A stretch of DNA of 64,000 bases, from positions 3,232,001 through 3,296,000 of the forward strand of contig OY970192.1 in NCBI GenBank assembly GCA_963708135.1, read 5' to 3'. A program made the translations under genes and the position numbers. Of this stretch, positions 1-10,900 are shown in pieces; position 1 is the stretch's first letter, and each line of letters opens with the position of its first letter. The stretch comes from an uncultured Gemmatimonadales bacterium (GTDB taxonomy: Bacteria; Gemmatimonadota; Gemmatimonadetes; Longimicrobiales; RSA9). Below the pieces are notes generated by a model that searched no databases, was not told where the DNA came from, and was given only the letters and a program-made list of their open reading frames with translations.

Positions 1-2530
1 ACCGCACGTGCACCGGCCTTTCTCCGACCGGGCGCACGCCTCCCCCTTTTCCCACCAGAGTGGGAGAGTGGGAGAGTGGGAGACCGGGGCGACGTTCGCG
101 GCGGCCGACCGCGGCCGGGCCTCGCACCGTGCCGGGTACCGCACGTGCAGGGCCCTTCCTCCGGACCGGGCGACACCTCCGACTCCGAACGGCCTTCGCA
201 GGCAACGAGGCCTGCGGAAACGCCGGCATCCTGGCCTGCCCGGCGCTGCACCCACTCTCCCACTCGCCCACTCCCTCCCCCAGAGTGGGAGAGTGGGAGA
301 GTGGGAGACCGGGGCGACGTTCGCGGCGGCCGACCGCGGCCGGGCCTCGCACCGTGCCGGGTACCGCACGTGCAGGGCCCTTCCTCCGGACCGGGCGACA
401 CCTCCGACTCCGAGCTGCCTTCGCGGGCAACGAGGGCCGCGGAAACGCCGGCATCCCGGCCTGCCCGGCGCTGCACCCACTCTCCCACTCGCCCACTCCC
501 TTCCCCAGAGTGGGAGAGTGGGAGAGTGGGAGACCGGGGCGACGTTCGCGGCGGCCGACCGCGACCGGGCCTCGCACCGTGCCGGGTACCGCACGTGCAG
601 GGCCCTTCCTCCGGACCGGGCGACACCTCCGACTCCGAACGGCCTCCGCAGACAACGAGGGCCGCGGAAACGCCGGCATCCCGCCCTGCCCGGCGCTGCA
701 CCCACTCTCCCACTCGCCCACTCCCTTCCCCAGAGTGGGAGAGTGGGGGAGTGGGAGACCGGGGCGACGTTCGCGGCGGCCGACCGCGACCGGGCCTCGC
801 ACCGTGCCGGGTACCGCACGTGCAGGGCCCTTCCTCCGGACCGGGCGACACCTCCGACTCCGAGCTGCCTTCGCGGGCAACGAGGGCCGCGGAAACGCCG
901 GCATCCTGCCCTGCCCGGCGCTGCACCCACTCTCGCACTCGCCCACTCCCTCCCCCAGAGTGGGAGAGTGGGGGAGTGGGAGACCGGGGCGACGTTCGCG
1001 GCGGCCGACCGCGACCGGGCCTCGCACCGTGCCGGGTACCGCACGTGCAGGGCCCTTCCTCCGGACCGGGCGACACCTCCGACTCCGAGCTGCCTTCGCG
1101 GGCAACGAGGGCCGCGGAAACGCCGGCATCCTGCCCTGCCCGGCGCTGCACCCACTCTCCCACTCGCCCACTCCCTCCCCCAGAGTGGGAGAGTGGGAGA
1201 GTGGGAGACCGGGGCGACGTTCGCGGCGGCCGACCGCGACCGGGCCTCGCACCGTGCCGGGTACCGCACGTGCAGGGCCCTTCCTCCGGACCGGGCGACA
1301 CCTCCGACTCCGAACGGCCTCCGCAGACAACGAGGGCCGCGGAAACGCCGGCATCCTGCCCTGCCCGGCGCTGCACCCACTCTCGCACTCGCCCACTCCC
1401 TCCCCCAGAGTGGGAGAGTGGGGGAGTGGGAGACCGGGGCGACGTTCGCGGCGGCCGACCGCGACCGGGCCTCGCACCGTGCCGGGTACCGCACGTGCAC
1501 CGGCGTTTCTCCGACCGGGCGCGCGCCTCCGGTTCCGAGCTGCCTTCGCGGGCAACGAGGGCCGCGGAAACGCCGGCATCCTGCCCTGCCCGGCGCTGCA
1601 CCCACTCTCGCACTCGCCCACTCCCTCCCCCAGAGTGGGAGAGTGGGGGAGTGGGAGACCGGGGCGACGTTCGCGGCGGCCGACCGCGACCGGGCCTCGC
1701 ACCGTGCCGGGTACCGCACGTGCAGGGCCCTTCCTCCGGACCGGGCGACACCTCCGACTCCGAGCTGCCTTCGCGGGCAACGAGGGCCGCGGAAACGCCG
1801 GCATCCTGCCCTGCCCGGCGCTGCACCCACTCTCCCACTCGCCCACTCCCTTCCCCAGAGTGGGAGAGTGGGGGAGTGGGAGACCGGGGCGACGTTCGCG
1901 GCGGCCGACCGCGACCGGGCCTCGCACCGTGCCGGGTACCGCACGTGCAGGGCCCTTCCTCCGGACCGGGCGACACCTCCGACTCCGAACGGCCTCCGCA
2001 GACAACGAGGGCCGCGGAAACGCCGGCATCCTGCCCTGCCCGGCGCTGCACCCACTCTCCCACTCGCCCACTCCCTCCCCCAGAGTGGGAGAGTGGGGGA
2101 GTGGGAGACCGGGGCGACGTTCGCGGCGGCTGACCGCGACCGGGCCTCGCACCGTGCCGGGTACCGCACGTGCAGGGCCCTTCCTCCGGACCGGGCGACA
2201 CCTCCGACTCCGAACGGCCTCCGCAGACAACGAGGGCCGCGGAAACGCCGGCATCCTGCCCTGCCCGGCGCAGCACCCACTCTCCCACTCGCCCACTCCC
2301 TCCCCCAGAGTGGGAGAGTGGGGGAGTGGGAGACCGGGGCGACGTTCGCGGCGGCCGACCGCGACCGGGCCTCGCACCGTGCCGGGTACCGCACGTGCAG
2401 GGCCCTTCCTCCGGACCGGGCGACACCTCCGACTCCGAACGGCCTCCGCAGACAACGAGGGCCGCGGAAACGCCGGCATCCCGCCCTGCCCGGCGCTGCA
2501 CCCACTCTCCCACTCGCCCACTCTCCCACT
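1..2530. repeat. Tandem array of 225-bp units (11 full copies plus a partial one at the window edge), each bounded by (GAGTGGGA)3 ... (CCCACTCT)3 inverted arms
   Basis: GAGTGGGA block starts at 58, 283, 508 ... 2308, an exact 225-bp period; copies are near-identical with a few recurrent variants. Confidence 0.97.
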
Positions 2531-2980
2531 CTGGCGGGGGGGAGTGGGAGGGCGGGAGGGGCGCCCGCCTCCGACTCCGAACTGCCTTCGCAGGCAACGA
2601 GGCCCGCGGAAACGCCGGCATCCCGCCCTGCCCGGCGCTGCACCCACTCTCCCACTCGCCCACTCTCCCACTCTGGCGGGGGGAGTGGGAGGGCGGGAGG
2701 GGCGCCCGCCTCCGGTTCCGAGCTGCCTTCGCGGGCAACGAGGCCCGCGGAAACGCCGGCATCCCGCCCTGCCCGGCGCTGCACCCACTCTCCCACTCGC
2801 CCACTCTCCCACTCTGGCGGGGGGAGTGGGAGGGCGGGAGGGGCGCCCGCCTCCGACTCCGAACTGCCTTCGCGGGCAACGAGGGCCGCGGAAACGCCGG
2901 CATCCTGCCCTGCCCGGCGCAGCACCCACTCTCCCACTCGCCCACTCTCCCACTCTGGCGGGGGGAGTGGGAGGGCGGGA
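2531..2980. repeat. Three ~141-bp shortened derivatives of the 225-bp unit plus a partial fourth
   Basis: CTGGCGGG starts at 2531, 2673, 2814, 2955; shares the CCGCGGAAACGCCGGCATCC...CCCACTCTCCCACTC segment with the long unit. Confidence 0.93.
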
Positions 2981-3003
2981 TCGCGAAGATTCAGGCCGCG
3001 CGT

Positions 3004-3399
3004 TCACCGGATCTTCCATTGGCCTGGGCGGGCGGACATCACGGCGAGGCCGGCGATGATGCCGTCGTAGCGGGCGTCGTGGGCCTTCGCGGCTTCGGCA
3101 TCCATCCAGCCGGAGAGCTCCGCGAATTCGATCCAGACCCGCGTCTCCCCGGCCTCGCCCGCCGCTTCGGTCAGCTTGGCGACGAAGGCGGCGGGGTAGC
3201 GTCGCTTCTGCCAGGCCTCGGCAATGTTGGCGCAGACGGAGCGGGACGAGCGACGCATCTGGGATGTCAGCGCGTAACGCTCATCCCGCGGGAAGTGCTG
3301 GCTGGCCTCGAAGAGAGCCATGGCCGCATCGCGCGACTCACGGTAGACGCGGAGCTGCCGGTGGTCGAGGATCCGGCCCTGCCATCTGTCCTGAGGCAT
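3004..3399 (-). CDS. Four helix bundle protein (TIGR02436 / 23S rRNA-IVP family, Avd-like)
   Basis: 131 aa; L.VY...FP.DERYALTSQMRRSSRSVCANIAEAW.KRRY...F...GEAGET..W signature; GGAG upstream of ATG. Confidence 0.92.
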   Translation of the reverse strand: MPQDRWQGRILDHRQLRVYRESRDAAMALFEASQHFPRDERYALTSQMRRSSRSVCANIAEAWQKRRYPAAFVAKLTEAAGEAGETRVWIEFAELSGWMDAEAAKAHDARYDGIIAGLAVMSARPGQWKIR

Positions 3400-3436
3400 T
3401 GGCGTTCACTCCGGGCGTTGTCGTGCGCGGACGCAG

Positions 3437-3795
3437 AGAGTGGGAGAGTGGGAGACCGGGCGACGTTCGCCGGGGCCGAACGTGCCCGGGCCTCGCAGCG
3501 CTCGCAGCCGGGCGGCTTCGCCGGGGCGCCGAACGTTTCCGGCGGCTCCCCCTCCCTCGGACCCGCGTCGGCCCGATTCAACCCGCCTGCCAGCGCTCCC
3601 GGCGACCACAAGCCTGCACCGCGCCGGCAACCCGGCGCAGCCGTGGCAGCCTGCACCGCACCGCAGCCCGGCGCAGCCGTGAGCGCCCGCACCGCGCCGG
3701 CAACCCGGCGCAGCCGAGCGGAGCCTCCGCAGCCCGCGCCCCCGCCCCGCCCGGCAGCTCTCCCACTCTCCCACTCTCCCACTCTCCCACTCTCG
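3437..3795. repeat. Diverged single copy of the array unit with GAGTGGGA left arm and (CTCTCCCA)4 right arm
   Basis: GAGTGGGAGACCGGGCGACGTTCGC...CCGGGCCTCGCA matches the start of the 225-bp unit; internal duplication of GCACCGCGCCGGCAACCCGGCGCAGCCG. Confidence 0.8.
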
Positions 3796-3922
3796 CCGGC
3801 GCGGACGAACAAGCGGCCCGACCCACCCCCCACCAGCAAACCCCGGCCCACCCGGGGCACGGCCACCCGCCTGGCCGGAGCTCCTGCCGGCCGTCATCCC
3901 GCCGGAAAGACCCGGCCGGCCG

Positions 3923-4927
3923 TCATCCTCCTGCAAAGATCAGCGCGCCCAGCACCTTCCCGACGACCTCCAGCCCGACGGGCGAGGTATGCGCGACGGT
4001 GTCCTCGAGCGTGTGCCAGTATGCGTTTCCGGGGCCGTAGTCGAAGTCGATGATGTCGATGGTGTGGATGCCGGCCTTGTTGAGGGGGATGTGGTCGTCA
4101 TCGATCGCCATGCCCTCGGTGCGGGGGAAGTACTGGCCGAAGCCGAGCTGCTCGGCGGTGCGCCAGACGCGGTCGACGACCTCGGGGGCCTGCTGCTCCG
4201 AGGTGGGCTCGATCGGATAGACGGGGCTCTGGTCGCCCACCATGTCCACGAGAATGCCGTAGAGGGGCTTGTAGCCGGGCGGCATGTTGGCGGCGAAGTG
4301 TGTCGAGCCGAGGTACATGTCGCCGGTGTAGTCCTCGCCGTCCACGAAGAGTAGGTCCACGCCGATCGGCGGGGAATGGCGTTTCAGGACATCGGCAAGC
4401 TCCATCAGGACGGCGACGCCGCTGCCGCCGTCGTTGGCGCCCTGGATCGGCTTGATCTTCGCGCTGTCGGTCTCGTTGTCGGCGGTGGGGCGGGTGTCCC
4501 AGTGGGCGAGCAGCAGGACGCGGTCGTGGGCGGAAGGGTTGAAGCGGGCGAAGACGTTGGAGAGGTGGAGCGTCTTGCCGGCGGCCTGCGCGTCGAAGCT
4601 GTGCACCTGCACGGTGTCGGCGCGCGTCTTCAGGTAGTCGACCATCCACTGGAGCTGCTTTTCGTGGCCGGGGGTGCCCGGCACGCGCGGGCCGAAGGCG
4701 ACCTGCTGCCGGATCAGGTCCTCGGCGGCCGCGCCGCTGAAGTCGGGCGCCACGAGCGGCTTCCCCGCCGCCGTCTCCGCGCCCTGGGCGTTGCCCGACC
4801 CGCCGGACCCGGCGGACCCGCCGGAGCGCTCGCACGCGGGCAGCGCCATCCCGACCAACAGCAGCATGCAGGCGACGAGCCCGCCGCGGATCCAGCGCGG
4901 CAGTCGGCGTTCGCGGACGGCTCCCAC
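3923..4927 (-). CDS. M28 family peptidase / glutaminyl-cyclase-like lipoprotein (start uncertain: GTG 4927 or ATG 4867)
   Basis: QVAFGPRVPG, LAHWDTRP, GANDGGSG, DGED, DMVGD, DDH, YWHT motifs; lipobox LPAC. Confidence 0.88.
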   Translation of the reverse strand: MGAVRERRLPRWIRGGLVACMLLLVGMALPACERSGGSAGSGGSGNAQGAETAAGKPLVAPDFSGAAAEDLIRQQVAFGPRVPGTPGHEKQLQWMVDYLKTRADTVQVHSFDAQAAGKTLHLSNVFARFNPSAHDRVLLLAHWDTRPTADNETDSAKIKPIQGANDGGSGVAVLMELADVLKRHSPPIGVDLLFVDGEDYTGDMYLGSTHFAANMPPGYKPLYGILVDMVGDQSPVYPIEPTSEQQAPEVVDRVWRTAEQLGFGQYFPRTEGMAIDDDHIPLNKAGIHTIDIIDFDYGPGNAYWHTLEDTVAHTSPVGLEVVGKVLGALIFAGG

Positions 4928-4992
4928 CCGCGCCCGCGGTCGCAGTCGCAGCTCGAGCGGGCCGGCGATGGGCGGCGCGCCGCGTCGCCTGC

Positions 4993-7900
4993 TCAATGGG
5001 GCAGGTCCGAGGGGAGCTGGCCGGCGGAGAGGTCGAACTGGCCGAAGATGCCGAGCTGGAACTGGCTGGTCCCGTTCAGGGTGCCGATGTGGCTCTGGCG
5101 GGAGTTGTAGCTCATCTGGACGCCGACGTTCAGGTCGGAGAGCATGGTGTCGAAGGTCAGGTCGATGCGGCGGTTCATGTAATCCACGTAAGGGACGCAT
5201 CCGGAGCTCTCCGTGGTGGTCTGGACGAAGCGGCACGAGCGCTCCCCCTGCTGGGAGAGGGAGAGCGAGACGTGCAGCGGGCTCTTGAGCTTGTCGCGGA
5301 ACATCGGGGGTGCCCTGAACGCGCCGGAGAGCTGGACGGTGTGGTTCGTCTGGTCCTCCTGCGCGTTGCCGGTCGGGTCCGCGGTGCTGCCGTGCGTGAT
5401 GGAGCCGGTGTAGGTGGCGGTGCCAATGGTGCCGACGCCGAGGCTGAGCTGGAGCGGGTAGCGGCTCTGCACGGTGCTGCGGACCTGGGCGCGGGTCGCG
5501 CCGGCCCCGCCGCCGCCGGGGCCGCCGGCGCCGCCCTCGAGGACGAGGCCGGCGCCGCCCAGCACGTTGCGCTGGTCGGTGTGCTGGTACCCGGTGGTCA
5601 TGGAGAGGTGGCGGAAGACGGGCCGGGCGAAGCCGGGGATCGGGATGCTGCCCCACTGCAGCTGGATGTCGGGCCAGGTGGCCTGGTGCTGCGTGCGCTG
5701 CCCGCCGCGGGTGTCGAGGTAGCTGTTGTCGGACCCGTCGTAGGAGAGGGCGAGCTGGGTCTGGAAGGGCAGGGCGAGGCCGGTGCGGGCGCGGAAGGCG
5801 CTGCGCTGGTTGGTGGAGACGGCGGTGTCCTGGCCGATGACGCGGAAGCCGCCCAGCCCGCCGAGGCCGAGCTGGTAGCCGGTGCCGGGGTCGCCGTCGG
5901 CGCGCTCGAACTGGGAGCCGAGGCCGTCGATCCAGGTGAGGTCGATCGGGCGGACGGCGGAGCCGATGCTCCGCAGCACGCGCGAGGCGCGGCCGGCGGT
6001 CGAGTCGCGGCGGGCGCCGAACAGGGTGCTCATGAGGCCGCCCGGGTCGATCTGAAGCGTGCGGTTGAGCGTGCGGTCCGCCTGGAACTGCCGCTGCAGC
6101 GCGGCGCTGCTGTCGGCGCCGTCGGCGATGATCCGCAGGTAGGACGGGTTGCGGGCCGTGCCGAAGTGGGCCGAGTAGGAGAGGCCGGGCTGGAGCCAGG
6201 AGGCGACGCGGGGGCGGAACGCGAAGCTCGTGGTCATGTTGCGCGCGGTCTCCCACCCGATGTCGAGGCCGCCGACGCTGCCGCGGGCATCCCGGATGGC
6301 CTGGCGCTGGAGCGGCGCGGTGGTGGCGCGGTCGGCGGGCAGCAGGTCGCGTGTGCTGTTGACGGAGACGGACGCGCTCATGGTCTCGAAGGGGCGCAGC
6401 GAGAGGCGGGCGGTGTTCTGGAGCCCCATGCGCGGCGACTCGACGGGCGCCACGAGCGTGTCGGAGGGCAGCGCGAGGATCGTGCTATAGCGGTACGCGC
6501 GGCTCTGCTGGTTCGAGTAGCTGGTGGAGAAGGAGATCGCGTCGGGGCTCCAGCGCAGCTTCGCCCCGGTGAGCTCCTTGAAGAGCTGGCTCTTCTCGAG
6601 GAAGGCGGGAAAGAGCGCGTGGACGAGGCCGTCCACGAAGCCGGGGGTGATGTCGAGCTCGTGGGCGTCGATCTTCCGGTCGTAGGTGAGCGCGGCGTCG
6701 AGCCCGCCGGCCTGGGAGAGGGAGGTGATGTTGCCGTTGCTCGCGGCGCTGTAGCCGAGGCGCAGCGCGGTGCCGTCGAGGAGCAGCCCGAGCCACGGGT
6801 TGGACGCGGGCGTGGTGCGGCGGAGCGCCAGGTCCACGCGGGTCCGCGAGGCGCCGGTGAAGCGCAGGTTCGAGAGCTGGTTGGCCAGCACGTCGCTCTG
6901 CTGGAGGAACATCGGGTCGAGCCCGGTGTGGGCGTAGCTCACCGTGAGCGGCGCCTCGATGCCCCAGCCGGTGGGGGCGAGGTGGCCGAGCTCGGCGCGG
7001 GCGTTGAGCCCCATGTCGGCGGACCGCTGGTAGGACGCTCCCTGCCCGAGCTGGTGGAAGAGCGCGCCCTGGTGCGAGTAGGAGGCGGTGGCCGCGATGA
7101 AGTCGCCGCCGCGCACATCGAGGTTCACGGCGCCGGCGAAGCCGGGGTCGGTGAGCGCGGAGCCGAGGCGGACGTCGTCGATCCAGACCTCGGCGGGCTC
7201 GGGCGCGATGCCGCCGTTGTAGATGGAGAAGGAGAGCTCGCGCACGGCGGCCAGGTTCGGAGCGCGGGCGCGGTCCTGGAGCACGACGCCGTAGGTGCTG
7301 TCGGCGCTCCAGAGCACGAGCGGGGCGGTCCGGTCGGGCTGCTGGATGAGGGCCTCCTCGGCGGCGGCGCGGAGCTCGAACCAGGGCTCGAAGTCGATGG
7401 CGATCTCGGGCAGCCAGTCGGACGCCTTCGCGCCCGCGCCCGGGACGGGCGCGGCGAGGCGGGTGCGGTAGAGGTAGTAGTTGGCGTCGTCGTTGCCGAC
7501 CTTGATGAGGAGCTGCTCGTCGCCGCTCGGTCCCCAGTTGCCCTGCCGCGCCACCGCCCACACGCGCATCTGGCGGTAGCTCAGGAAGTTGCGTGGCTGC
7601 TGCGGGTAGCGGTAGTAGACCTCCGCGCGACTGTCCGGCTGGAGCGCCGTGACGCTCAGCCGGAGCGCCTTCTCGTTGATCTCGACGCTGCTCACGCCGA
7701 GCGCGCTGGTCGGGTCCTGGAGCTGGTCGGTGACGCCGGGCGGGCTCGCGTAGCCGCTGTCGTTCACGCGGCTCACGGGGCCGACGCGGAAGCCGGCCGC
7801 GTCGCCAGGCGCGCCGGGGTCCGTGCGGTCGAGGCCGTCCACGATGCCGCTCACCCCGCGCTTGGCCCAGCGGGAGCCGATGATGTTCATGCGCGCAAGC

Positions 7901-10900
7901 AACACCTGCCCGGGCCTCTCCCCGACGGTGGCGGCCACGGTGATGCGCAGGTCCTTGATGAAGCGCCAGGTGCCTTCGGTCGCGCCGCCGATCGGGATGG
8001 CATCCATGCCGCGCAGCGGGATGCGGTAGAGCTGGAAGTGAGTGCCGGTGATGGAGGTGTCGCGCACGAGGTAGGGCGTCATGCGGTCGAGCGGCACGAC
8101 GTAGCGGAAATAGGCGCCGTCGGAGAGGTCGGGCACGCCGTTGCCGTCGAGGTCCTCGCTGTCCAGCATGCCGTTGCCGCGGGTGCAGTCGGCGCGCGGG
8201 TCGCCGAGCGGGTAGGTCTGGCCGGGCGCGGCGTGGCAGTCCTGGTTCCAGAGGCCGAGCGAATCGGAGACGGCGCTCCAGACCTCGTGGCGGGCGACGT
8301 TCACCTCCTGGTCGAGGGTGCCCTGCCCCCACGGCGTGCCATCGGGGTAGGTGCCCGTGACCTGCCCCTGCGCGTCGTAGTAGAACGCATCCTCGCCCAC
8401 GGTGCCGAGGTCGAGGATGAGGGCGGCATCCTGGCCGACCGTGTGGGCGACATAGAACTCGAGGTACTCGCTCCGGCTGAGGTCGCGGCCGGTGGTCGAG
8501 AGCACGGTGGTCAGGGAGCGCCAGCGGCGTGCGCCGGGCGTCATGGCCGAGTCGCCGTAGGTCATGTAGAGCACGGGCTCGCCGCCGGCGCCGGAGGTGC
8601 CGACGACCTTGATGCTGTCGTCGATCTGGGTCGTCGGGTCGAGGAGCCCGGCAATGACGCCATCGCTGGTGCGATAGTCGTGCTGCCAGACGAGGCGCAT
8701 GGCGCTGGCCGCGTCGAGCACGGGCGGGAGCACGGCCCCGGCGCCCGTGAGGTCGGCGGGCCTGGAGCCGAGGCGCCAGACGGGGCGGTCGAGGGAGAGC
8801 GAGATCTGGTCCGTGGACTCGAAGTCGTCCACGTAGGTGGCGCCCTGCCGGTTCGGGTTGGGCGAGGAGAGGGCCAGCTCCCCGGTGAGCTTGACGCTGG
8901 AGGCGCCGTTCAGCCGGAGCCCCGGCAGCCGGGCCAGCGCGCGGTCGAGCAGGCGGCCGCCGAGGTCCATGCGGCCGCTCACGCCGCCGAGCATGATGGA
9001 GCCGGGCTCGTTGCCGAGCTGGGGGCGTGCGTTGATGGAGCGCTGGGCCTGGTAGAGGCCCATGAAGTCGAGCTCTCCGCGCTTGCCGAGCGCGTACTTC
9101 GTGTTCAGCCCGAAGACGCTGGTGGGCGCGATCTGGAACTGCGACTTCTGCTCCCAGGTGGCCTGGATCTGCGCGTCCGGAGTGGTGCCGAAGAGCGACT
9201 CGGGGTTGGTCAGCGTGACCTGCCCAATGTCGTAGTCGATGGTATAGTCGGTGCCGCGCGCCAGCGGCTTGCCGCCGATGGTGATCTTCTCGCTGCCCTC
9301 CCGGATGCCGAGTGCGCCCAGGCTGAAGGTCGAGACCAGGCCGTCCACCTTGACGCGGTAGTCGAAGCTCAGGCGGAAGCGGCTGCTCGACTCGCGCGTG
9401 ACGGGGTCGGGGTTCTCGTAGATGTCGCTGTTCGCGTCCGTGCCGAGCGCCGCGCGCGACTGCGCGCTGTCCAGCCCCGCGGCCGGCACGGGCGGCGGCG
9501 CCTCGAAGGGCTGCAGCGTGGGGAAGACGATGAAGGTGCCGCCGACGGTGGGCGCGCCGCCGCCGCCGCCGCCCGCCGCGCCGCCGCCGAAGCCGTTGTC
9601 GGCCGCGGGCTGGTAGATCTGCGCGTTGTCGATCTGGTCGGCGGGCGCGTTCTCGTCCAGCCCGAAGAGGCGCAGGTAGGTGACCTGGTCGGCGCCGACC
9701 TGGGCGAACGTCTTGCCGCCCGACAGCTCGCCCAGCGAGATCGTGAGGTTCACGCTCGAGGGGTCCACGCCGCTCGAGCTGTCCAGCCGGTAGACCTGGT
9801 GCATCTCGTACTTCCAGGTCGCGGCTCCCGGCTGGTGGATCGTGGTCGGGCCGCGCAGCAGCCGGAGCGTCGGCGTGACGCCGGCGGGCGAGTTCTCGGC
9901 GTCGAGCGCGCCCACGGTGTCGCCGGCGGCGGTCACGTACGAGACGGCTAGCGCCTCGTCGTCGCGCAGCGGCTGGCGCAGCACGATCCACAGCCCGCTC
10001 GAGTGCACGATGTAATCCTCGCCCTGCACCAGGCGACGGAACTGGCCGCTGTGCTTCAGGCTGCCGTCCGGCGTCGTCGCGTCCGCCAGGAAGTAGCCGA
10101 GCTGCGCCTGCTGCTGCTGGTTGGCGGCGCTCGGCCGCTCGTCGCGGTAGACCTGGATGGCGCTGCCGCCCGCGGGGCGGAGCGAGGCGGGCGCATCCTC
10201 GAGCCGGAGCTGGAGGATGTTCACGTGCGGCGCGCCGGCGAGGCTGTCGGGATCCAGCAGGAAGAAGAACTGCCCCTTCACGTAGCTGGCGTCGTCCAGC
10301 ACGATCGACTGGTCCTGGACCAGCCCGGCGCTGCCCTGGTTGCCGTTCAGCCGGAACTCGCGCCTGGAGACATCGCCGCGCTGCTGGGCCCACACGGCCT
10401 GGAAGTCCATCGGCCCCATCTGGCCGGTGGCCTTGAAGCCGAAGTTGCCGGCCGGGATGCCCTGCGTGAGGTAGCGCGACTGCGGCAGCTGGATGGAGAC
10501 GTCGCCCACCTCGAGGCGCTGCAGGATCTCGTCGGGCAGCCCCTGATAGTAGACGTTGATGTTGTTGGCCGCGTCGAACTCGCGCCGCTGGTCGTAGTCC
10601 ACGTCCAGATGGATGCGGTCCGAGATCGTGCCGCCCACGCGCAGCCCGAACTGGAGGTCCGGCTTGAGCTGCGGGAAGAGCGAGGGGTTGCAGTCGAGCC
10701 GCAGCCCCGGGTCGCACGGGTGGTAGCGGTTCCACGCCCCGCCCATCTCGCCGCGGCCGGTGATGATCATGCCGACATCGGCATACTGGGACAGCGACGG
10801 CGGCAGCACGAGCTGCCGGGGCGCAGGCGCGCCGGGCACCCCCGCCACGCCGGCGGGCGGCGAGATCGTCGGCCCGCCGGGCGGCCTGCCCGGGCCGCCC

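Noticed and set aside
1..2980. CRISPR array
   Set aside because: Whole 225-bp units repeat with no unique spacers, and no cas genes are in the window
8..3070. Long ORFs (1020, 999, 685 aa) across the array
   Set aside because: Open in all three + frames because the GC-rich 225-bp unit lacks stops; Arg/Pro-rich translations with no domain; translation unsupported though not excluded
3004..3399. Diversity-generating retroelement (Avd-like gene near repeats)
   Set aside because: No reverse transcriptase and no TR/VR pair with adenine-specific mismatches visible in the window
4996..9951. Large antisense and alternate-frame ORFs (also 6485-11419, 20182-25035, 30929-34690, 37216-40053, 46421-50092, 56727-59816)
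   Set aside because: Shadows of real genes in high-GC DNA, without recognisable motifs
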